A stretch of DNA of 63,575 bases, filler included, from Stramenopiles sp. TOSAG23-2 (Eukaryota): assembly GCA_900128395.1 (NCBI GenBank). It is 16 parts of 16 records of this genome, joined end to end, with 100 filler letters (N's around TTAATTAATTAA, not from the genome) between each part and the next. Parts side by side here need not be neighbours in the genome. Positions count along the whole stretch, not along the records: positions 1 to 3,902 come from LT651053.1; positions 4,003 to 7,903 come from LT651054.1; positions 8,004 to 11,902 come from LT651055.1; 13 more parts are not named here. One strand, given 5' to 3'. Shown here piece by piece: positions 1-8,700 of this stretch; positions within the stretch are counted from its first letter, which is position 1; each line of letters begins with the position of its first letter. Under the pieces are notes generated by a model. The model did not search any database and had not been told where the DNA came from. It saw only the letters and a list, made by a program, of their open reading frames with translations. A program made the position numbers and the translations under genes.

Positions 1-57
1 GTAGGAATTATCATGAGTAAATTAAAAATAAATTATGCGTAAATTAAATTATATTTT
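1..57. repeat. Partial copy of the conserved non-coding element (contig edge)
   Basis: gtaggaattatcatgagtaaattaaaaataaattatgcg aligns nearly exactly with 32055-32096. Confidence 0.85.
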
Positions 58-403
58 TACCCATCATTATCATCATCAAACTCTAAATTATAAATCTATA
101 GACTGTGTATGCTGGTGTGCGCTTGCCAGAGTATTAGTATAAATATTATAGCACTGCACAGCACTAGTCATAGAAGAAGAAGAAAAAAGATACGATATAG
201 ATAATAATTTAATAAATTTAAATTGATAGTTCTCTCATTGGATTGGACACAAACACACACAACACACAAAATACAATAAAAGAAAAGAAATAAAACTTTA
301 CAAGCAAGAAAATACATTGAAAAGTGTATAAGAAAGATTAGAAAGAATTACAAGGTCGGTATCAAGACAAATTGTATCGTACATTCAAAAAGTATAAAAC
401 ATT

Positions 404-1445
404 ATGAGTAATTGGACGACTGTTTTGGATACAGCAGGCTTAGCTGTGGTTACTGGAGGCGCTAGCGGGTTTGGATATGAAACTTCAACTAGATTATTAA
501 AAGCAGGTATGGCTGTTGCTATCTTGGATATATCTATCAAAGAATTAGCTAATGCACAAAAATCACTTGGTGAGATTGCAGCAGCAAATAACACAAAGGT
601 TCATGGAATACAATGTAATGTGACAAAAAAAAGTGATTGTATCAATGCTGCTAATGAAATTGCAAAACATTTTCCTAATAAACAGATATCATTTTTGTTC
701 AATAACGCTGGCATTAATGGAAATGCAACTGGTGGTATTTTACAAAGTGACACTGAAGCATGGAAAGGTATCTTTGCTGTCAATGTATATGGTGCTGTAA
801 ATATTTTACAAGTATTTACAGACATCATAGTAAAACAAGGTAAATTGGCATCGGGTAAAAATGCACATGTTGTAACAACTTCTTCCGTTGTTGGCTTGTT
901 AAATCATAATCCTGGGTATGTATTCCTCTAAAAACTGAATGTAGAAATTAACTTACACTCTCTCTAACACACATCACTACTATTATACAAATTATAGAGG
1001 TTATTCCGTTTCAAAAATGGCAGCGACTGCAGTTTGTGAACAATATGCTATTGAACTTAGCGAAATGGGAGATAAAGCAAAACATATAGTTCCGCACTCA
1101 CTGCACCCTACAGCTGCAGCTACGAATTTTATGACACGAAGAACAGCAGATGGTAATAAAACTACTGGCGATGAATTTAAAAATTTTATCAAGGGAAACG
1201 GTGGCTCGACTGCAATTGATATTGTTGATGGATTATTTAATGGATTAGCAGGTGGTGAATATTACATTATTGTTGATAATCCAAATGATGTGCCAACTAG
1301 AAAACAAATTGAGAATCGTATGGCGGATCAAATTAAAAATATGAAACCTAGGAAAGCAGAACAAATTGCAAGTATCATGAATCGTCCTGTTGAAACAAAC
1401 ACATTGGTCAAAGCCACTACATCAGGTTGTATGAGTAATTTGTAA
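404..1445 (+). CDS. Short-chain dehydrogenase/reductase (SDR1), 2 exons 404-915 and 998-1445, 319 aa
   Basis: TGGASGFG nucleotide-binding motif and NNAG. Splicing GTATGT...TATAG (916-997) joins the two track ORFs in frame and restores the catalytic YSVSK (YxxxK). C-terminus is SNL. Confidence 0.92.
916..997 (+). other. Spliceosomal intron I1 (82 nt, phase 2), member of a repeated intron family
   Basis: GT-AG ends, CTAAC branch site, frame restored. Shares TCTCTCTAACACACA with the intron at 2382-2464. Confidence 0.9.
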
Positions 1446-1654
1446 GAATAAGATGTGATTTTGAGGATATGCATATTTGTGTATATATGATACGTATTAA
1501 TAATGAATTAACACTTTGTGATGCATCTCATACAATTTGATTTATGCACAATCATATATATTACATAATATAATATATATGAACATCGTATAATCTTTTC
1601 ACATATTTTTTTATAATATTTTATATGATATTAGAATATTATAACACCCTATCG

Positions 1655-1732
1655 TAGTGTGAGATAAATATTATTGTCTCAGTTATTGTATTCTTTTGAA
1701 GAGTAAGAATTATTTATATGAGTAAAATTAAA
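1655..1732. repeat. Conserved non-coding element directly 3' of the SDR2 stop codon
   Basis: tagtgtgagata...tcagttat.tgtattcttttgaagagta.gaattat...atgagtaaa aligns with 32011-32083. Confidence 0.85.
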
Positions 1733-2772
1733 TCACAAATGACTTTTTAGCAATTTAATTTCAAGTTCTCTTTCTGCTTTTTTATCTGGTGCAACCATCA
1801 TAGCTAGTGGCCTCGCTGGCCTTGGTCGTGTTTGGTTTATTTGATCAGCAACCCTTGCAGCAAGTTGTAGGCCTGTTGGTATATCCAATGGATGATCAAC
1901 AATTATGTATGCTTGATTCATATCCAAACCATTGAATAAACCATCGATAATGAAATCGGCGCTTACAGCCCCCATCTCTTTTGTCATAGCCTTTATAGAA
2001 CCTTTTTCGTCTCGTTTCTTGCCATCAGCATCGCGAAGCTCCATGAAATTGGTCGCAGCGGCTGTGGGGTGCAATGTGTGAGGAGCTATATGAATAGCTT
2101 TAGATCCCATATTTTCTAGTTCGATTGCATATTGCTCACATACAGCCGTTACCGCCATTTTAGAAACAGAATATGCACCAGGGTTGTGATTAAGCAATCC
2201 TACTACAGAACTTGTCGTAACAATATGAGTTTTCTTTCCGGATGCTAATGGACCAGCATCAATAATTGATTGTGTAAATGCTTGTAAAATATTTACCGCA
2301 CCATATACATTGACAGCGAAAATTGGTTTCCATGAATCAGTTGATTTTCCTAAAATATTGAAACCAGCATTCCCTTGTATTCTATATGGAGCATAGCATA
2401 TGAGTGAGTGTTGTGTGTTAGAGAGAATGGCTTCTATAGGTTTAGGGAATAGAATTTTACGCACCCGGCATTATTGAATAAAAATGATATCTTTTTGTTT
2501 TTAAATTCATTTGCAATTGCTTTTTGTGCAGCAGCACAATCATCCATGACTGTTACGTTACATTTAAAACCAAACACTTTTGCATGGTTTTGCTCTGCAA
2601 TTGGTGTTAATGTAACCTTTGCTGTTTGTAGTTCTTTTTCACTCACATCTAATATAGCAACTGACATACCATTAGATAATAATCGTTTAGATGTTTCATA
2701 TCCAAACCCGCTAGCCCCACCTGTGATCACAGCAAGTCCATTTTTATCGAACACATTTGGAAAGTTACTCAT
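1733..2772 (-). CDS. Short-chain dehydrogenase/reductase (SDR2), convergent paralog of SDR1, exons 2772-2465 and 2381-1733, 318 aa
   Basis: TGGASGFG, FNNAG|IQGNA after splicing, YSVSK. Strongly similar to SDR1. C-terminus is SHL. Confidence 0.92.
2382..2464 (-). other. Spliceosomal intron I2 (83 nt, phase 2), member of a repeated intron family
   Basis: GTGCGT...CCATATAG, frame restored. Alignable end to end with the intron at 32854-32932. Confidence 0.9.
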
Positions 2773-3154
2773 TTTTATTGTTCCTCTTCTTCTTGTTATT
2801 ATTATAATTGTATACTTGTTGTTCTCTTTTAAATTGGTATAGTTATATTTGATGTAGTGTAAGAATTTTAGATATTTTTTATATATATAGATTATTTATT
2901 ACTAAAAGAAAGAAGAAGAAGATATAATAATAATATAGTGCAATACCAGGAAGAATATAATAATATAGTTTCCTCGCGTAGATTAATATTAATACATGTA
3001 TAACTATTATACTGTATATTCTGAAAGAAAGGCAAGATTAATTCGATGGTGGTATAGTTGTCTAATGGTATAATATTTTTTATTTTCTTTTTCAATATTA
3101 AATATACATATATATATATATAGAGAGAGAGAGAGAAGTTTACATATCATAATT

Positions 3155-3571
3155 ATGGCAGAAATAAATAATAATAAAATAATGGTTCCACAAATTGATT
3201 CAGTTGTCATTGGAAAAGTCTTGCGGATATCAAGAATGTATGTAAGTGTTGAAATATTAATATTAGATGATAGCCCTGTACCATATCCATTTACAGGGAC
3301 AATACGTAAATTAGATGTAAGACAAAATGCAGTGGATGATATTAAGATTGAAATGTGTTATCGGCCAGGTGATATTGTAAAAGCTGAAGTTATATCATTA
3401 GGTGATCGAAGAAATTATTTATTAAGTACTGCAAAACCTGAATTAGGTGTATTAAATGGAAATAGTGAAAATGGGAATGATATGAAAGCAATAAGTTATT
3501 CAGAAATGGAAGATACCATTACAGGAGAGAAAGAAACTAGAAAAGTTGCTATGATAGATGTAAACAATTAA
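3155..3571 (+). CDS. CSL4: Exosome complex component Csl4 (S1 domain plus zinc-ribbon-like C-terminus)
   Basis: FTGTIRKLDVR, CYRPGDIVKAEVISLGD, YLLSTAKPELGV and ETRKVA are typical Csl4/EXOSC1 motifs. Confidence 0.9.
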   Translation: MAEINNNKIMVPQIDSVVIGKVLRISRMYVSVEILILDDSPVPYPFTGTIRKLDVRQNAVDDIKIEMCYRPGDIVKAEVISLGDRRNYLLSTAKPELGVLNGNSENGNDMKAISYSEMEDTITGEKETRKVAMIDVNN

Positions 3572-3709
3572 TTTGGTACGAGTACATGTTATTTATAATG
3601 TGTACGAATACGAGTATATACTTCGTAGTTACGAACGTCGTATTTTTCAAAAACAATTTTGTTTTCTCTCCCTCTCTCTCTTCTATATTTATTATTTACG
3701 ACAGTGTAT

Positions 3710-3856
3710 CTAATCATCATCAACATCATCATCTAAAATCAGATGTCCTTGTCGTTTCAAATATTCAATCACTTCATCTACGCATTCACTAACCTCTCTA
3801 TCTTGTGTTTTTAATTGAATTTCAGCATCTTCTGGCTCTTCATATGGATCATCCAC
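3710..3856 (-). CDS. C-terminal fragment of adenylylsulfate (APS) kinase, truncated by a chimeric junction (not in ORF track)
   Basis: Manual translation VDDPYEEPEDAEIQLKTQDREVSECVDEVIEYLKRQGHLILDDDVDDD* matches the CysC-type C-terminus. Confidence 0.75.
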   Translation of the reverse strand: MDDPYEEPEDAEIQLKTQDREVSECVDEVIEYLKRQGHLILDDDVDDD

Positions 3857-3899
3857 TGCATTTTGTCTTACATCTAATTTACGTATTGTCCCTGTAAAT
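3848..3899 (-). repeat. 52-nt exact inverted copy of Csl4 coding sequence 3289-3340 (fold-back chimera)
   Basis: Exact reverse complement. It joins the APS kinase fragment at the GATGAT junction. Confidence 0.9.
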
Positions 3900-3902
3900 A
3901 GA

Positions 3903-4002
3903 NNNNNNNNNNNNNNNNNNNNNNNNNNNNNNNNNNNNNNNNNNNNTTAATTAATTAANNNNNNNNNNNNNNNNNNNNNNNNNNNNNNNNNNNNNNNNNN
4001 NN
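3903..4002. other. Artificial contig spacer N44-TTAATTAATTAA-N44. Also at 7904, 11903, 15901, 19895, 23887, 27873, 31857, 35831, 39799, 43766, 47732, 51698, 55658 and 59618
   Basis: Identical 100-nt structure with a six-frame stop linker. Contig lengths decrease monotonically. Confidence 0.99.
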
Positions 4003-4259
4003 AAATGGTTAAATTAATTATATATGTGACTTGAGAGAGATTCGTGGTAAAAAAAAAAATGTTATTTGTGTATGCAAAAGTTAGGAGCTGATTGTATATG
4101 TGTACATATGTAGCGATGTAAGGAAAGTAAAATGTGTAGTGTAATAAGATTAAAAAGTTACTTTGTTTATTGAAAAAAATTATATTGTATCTCTTGTAAA
4201 ATATGTTAATGCTCTAAGTTTTCATCTTCAATCATTTAAATCACCATTACCTGGTCCTA

Positions 4260-4395
4260 CATTTTTCAATAGTGAATGGTTTTATTTTGGAATTATGAAA
4301 ATCATTTTTCAATAGTGAATAGTGTTATTTTGGAATTATGAAAATCATTTTTCAATAGTGTATAGTGTATAGTTTTATTTTGGATTTATGAAAAT
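4260..4395. repeat. Tandem repeat, ~43-bp unit x3
   Basis: catttttcaatagtgaat.gt.ttattttggaattatgaaaat repeated with small changes. Confidence 0.85.
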
Positions 4396-4864
4396 GCACA
4401 AATCAACAACAACAACAACAACAACACAAAACAATCGAATGGCCCGAAAGCCCGAAAGCCCAAAGGCATTTTAATTTGTAAAAGGAGAGATGCACAGATC
4501 TGGGAGATGAGCTTGAGAGATATTCCCAATACATAAAGTGGAGGAGAAATATATTGTACATCCCCTGTGTTGTTTTCTTTTTTTTTGACTCGTATAAGAA
4601 ATCCAACAACCTATATCAAAATTTTTGAGAAAAAAAAAGAGAAAGAAGAACGAAGAATTACTTTTTTTTAAACCAACATTATATAATTATAATTACCAAA
4701 TTTCAAACATATTTATTGTTTTTTGAATTTTCAAGTGATTGTTATATAAATTATTACGGTGATAATTATATATACATATACATCAATTCATCATTTTTAC
4801 ATTTTTACAACAAAAGCATTAAAAAAATATATATAACTATCCATATAGATATTACAAAAATATA

Positions 4865-7433
4865 ATGGCATCCATAGCACGTAAATCAAGACGTGCAAAA
4901 CGACGTGAAAAACGTAAAGCAGCAGCCAATAATAATAATGATGAAACAGGATCTGTCACATCTACTGTAACAAATGATTCAACAACAACCACCAATAACA
5001 ACAACAACAACAACAAGACAGAAGACAGTAATAACAATTTATCCCCATCTTCACAAACAATTTTTAAAATATTAACAACAAATGGTACCGACCCAGATGT
5101 ATTACCTGAAGAAATATTAAATTATATTTCTTCTGCTGCTAGTGATAAATTAACATCAATTGATGATCTTGCATCTATTTTATCATCAATGGAAATTATA
5201 TCAACAACTGATAATGATGACGATGATGAAAATACTACAAAAATTGCAACAACTATCATCAATGCATTGAAACCAAAAGAAGATGATGGAAAAAAAGAAA
5301 AAATGGAAGATCATAAAAACAATCAATATAAAAATTTAGTACGTAATAAAGAATCTGCAGCATTAGCAATGTCTGCTTTATGGGGTATGAAAAAACTAAC
5401 TGTAAATGAAGGTATGAATGGTTGGGTACAAAATGGTGGTGCAACAATTGTAGATTGGTTAGCTAAAAATTCAAAATCAGGACGAAGACGTATACGTTTA
5501 GCAGCAAAGGAAGAAGAAAAGCGTAAGAAATTGTTAGATGAACATATTAAATATATTAAAATGTTACGACGAGCAGAAGCGGAAGCATATAAATCATTGC
5601 CATCTAAATTATTACCATCCTCATCTGCTAAACAAGATTTATTAATTGATGATTGTTCATTTAGTGCACCAGATGGTAAAATATTATGCGATAATGGACA
5701 AATACATTTAGTATATGGTAGAAAATATGGTTTGATCGGTAAAAATGGTGCTGGTAAAACGACATTATTACGTGCATTAGCCAAACGTATGTATATCATA
5801 TATCACATCACATATGTATATATCACATCACTTACCTATATATATATATATATATCGCATCTTTCACGTTTCATTGAAATAAATATATGACTAACATGTA
5901 TATATATATATACAAACATCGACGATCGTATTGTCACATACGGCTTCGCCTCCAATTGCCACTTTGATCTTATTGTCCATAGGCGATATTGATGGTGTTC
6001 CAGATGATTTAAGAATGGTACATGTATCACAAGAAATTGATGGTACTGATACCTCGGTATTACTATCCGTCATGTCATGTGATTATGAATTATTAGAAAC
6101 GAAAAAGGAGGAACAACGTTTATTAAAAGATCCAAATGCAGATCCAGATGAATTACAACAATGTATGGAAAAATTAGATTTATTAGAGGCTAGTACAGCT
6201 GAATCACGTGCAGTGAAAATATTATCTGGTTTAAATTTTTCAAAGGAAATGTTACATGTACCGACGAAACGTTTAAGTGGTGGTTGGAGACAACGTGTTG
6301 CATTAGCAAAAGGTTTATATTTAGAACCACAATTATTATTATTAGATGAACCGACGAATCATCTGGATTTAGAATCAGTGTTATGGTTGGAAAATTTTTT
6401 AATTGAATACGATAGTACATTAGTTATCGTTAGTCATGATCGTAATTTTTTAAATAATGTTTGTACGGATGTGATGCATTTAAATCGACAAAAGTTAAAA
6501 TATTATCGTGGTGATTATGAAAATTTTGTACAAGTAGTAGAGGAAGAGGAAAAACAACAAATGAAAAAATACGAAGCGCAACAGAAGAAACGTAAGCATA
6601 TGCAAGAATTTATTGATAAAAATCGATACAATGCAAGTAAAGCAAGTATGGCACAAAGTCGTATTAAAGCCATGGAGAAAATGGAGATTGTAGAAAATGT
6701 TCAAGTTGAAAATGGACTACGGTTTGATTTCCCAGATCCAGGTCCATTAGATGGACGATTTGTTACATTAACCGATGTGAATTTTAGATATTCAGAGAAA
6801 ACACCAATGTTATTTCAAGATGTTGATTTTAATTTATCAACAGAATCCCGTATTGGTTTAGTTGGTCCAAATGGCGTTGGTAAAAGTACATTATTAAATG
6901 TTATTTATGGATATAGTAAACCAAGTCGAGGTATTGTGAAACAAAATCCACGTTTACGCATCGGTGTTTTTTCCCAACATCATACCGAATCATTAGATTT
7001 ACGTTTAACACCATTGGAACAAATGCGCGTTGCATATGATGGATTTGCAGGTGCAAAAGGGGAGGAAAAAGCACGTTCGCAATTAAGTCGTTTTGGTGTT
7101 ACCTCACGTATGTGTACAAGACCAATTGTTACATTAAGTGGTGGACAAAAATCACGTTTAGTATTAGCCATGGTATTATGGAAAAAACCACATTTATTAA
7201 TATTAGATGAACCGACAAATCATTTAGATATGGAAACGATTTATGCATTAGCAGAAGCAGTGAATTCATTTAATGGTGGTGTCATCGTTGTTAGTCATGA
7301 TCAACATTTTATGAATATGTGTTTAAAAGAAACATATGAGATACGTAATAAAGCATTGGTGAAATTGGCAGGTGGTTTAGAAGATTATAAAAAGAAAGTG
7401 TTGAAGGATATGATGGGGAAGAAGAAACGGTGA
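4865..7433 (+). CDS. ABC-F family ATPase (GCN20/ABCF3-like), exons 4865-5786 and 5983-7433, 790 aa
   Basis: Two NBDs (GKNGAGKT/LSGGW/LLLLDEPTNHLD and GPNGVGKS/LSGGQ/LILDEPTNHLD) with no TM domain. Intron GTATGT...CATAG (5787-5982) restores the frame. Confidence 0.93.
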
Positions 7434-8003
7434 GAGGAGGAAAAAGTGGGGGGGGGGGCTCTTCAAAATAAAACTCAATATTCCTGCTTCATTCCATTAT
7501 TATAAAAAAATACAAAATATTTTACACGCAATGAAACTTGTAGAAATCTACAAGCTAAAGTGATCAAAACCGCGGCTTTTTGCCACAACCGTGCACTTCA
7601 AGATCTTTATCCGGATAGTTACCGGTTGTTGTTCACAACAGGGTCTTTCACTTCGACAACCTCACCGTTTTCGAATGAACCCGGCGTCCAGCCAGCTCAA
7701 CGAGTGCGCATGGAAGGATAGAAACCTACTTGTGCTTTGTGAAGTATTAGTTTGCAGAGGTGCATTAAGAGCTTTACTAATAGTGTATGCATAGGATAGC
7801 ATATTATTCTCTGCGATTGAGTATTGAGCATATATCATATATATTACTCAACAGGTAATGCAACATTTAAACAAGGAAGTAGAGGGACAGTTATTGAGGC
7901 GCCNNNNNNNNNNNNNNNNNNNNNNNNNNNNNNNNNNNNNNNNNNNNTTAATTAATTAANNNNNNNNNNNNNNNNNNNNNNNNNNNNNNNNNNNNNNNNN
8001 NNN

Positions 8004-8700
8004 TCCATCAATAATACTTTGTATTCCACTATCATCAGTAATATTATTATTAGCTAGGTGCAATACCTCTAATGTATTGTTTGTTTTTAATACATCAATA
8101 ATACTTTGTACATCAGTAATATTATTATTATGTAGGTACAAGTACTCTAATGTATTGTTTGTTTTTAATCCTTTACCAATACTTTGTACATCAGTAATAT
8201 TATTATTATTTAGGTACAATCCCTCTAATGTATTGTTTGTTATTAATCCTTCACCAATACTTTGTACATTAGTAATATTATTATTACCTAGGTACAATCT
8301 CGTTAATGTATTGTTTGTTTTTAATCCTTCGCCAATACTTTGTACATCAGTAATATTATTATTATCTAGGGACAATTCATTTAATGTATTGTTTGTTTTT
8401 AATCCTTCACCAATTCTTTGTACATCAGTAATATTATTATTATCTAGGTACAATATTGTTAATGTATTGTTTGTTTTTAATCCTTCACCAATACTTTGTA
8501 CATCAGTAATATTATTATTATCTAGGTCCAATGTCTTTAATGTATTGTTTGCTTTCAATGCTTCACCAATACTTTGTACATCAGTAATATTATTATTAGT
8601 TAGGTCCAATCTCGTCAATGTATTATTTGTTTTTAACAATTCACCAATGGCTAATGCATCGTCATCTGTGAGATTCTTTCCATACAAATCCACTTCCATC
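8004..8700 (-). repeat. Coding tandem repeat: 78-bp/26-aa LRR units with near-identical scaffolds
   Basis: LxxLxLxNNNITDVQSIGEGLKTNNT x8 plus a divergent first unit. Confidence 0.95.

Noticed and set aside
3947-3958. Regularly spaced palindrome TTAATTAATTAA every ~4 kb
   Set aside because: Artificial six-frame stop linker inside N spacers. The periodicity comes from length-sorted contigs.
4441-4466. GCCCGAAA repeated upstream of the ABCF gene
   Set aside because: Could be a promoter motif, but there is only one locus and no supporting evidence.
8030-8640. Constant/variable 78-bp array resembling CRISPR
   Set aside because: It is an in-frame LRR coding repeat. Variable parts are a few codons, and there are no cas genes.
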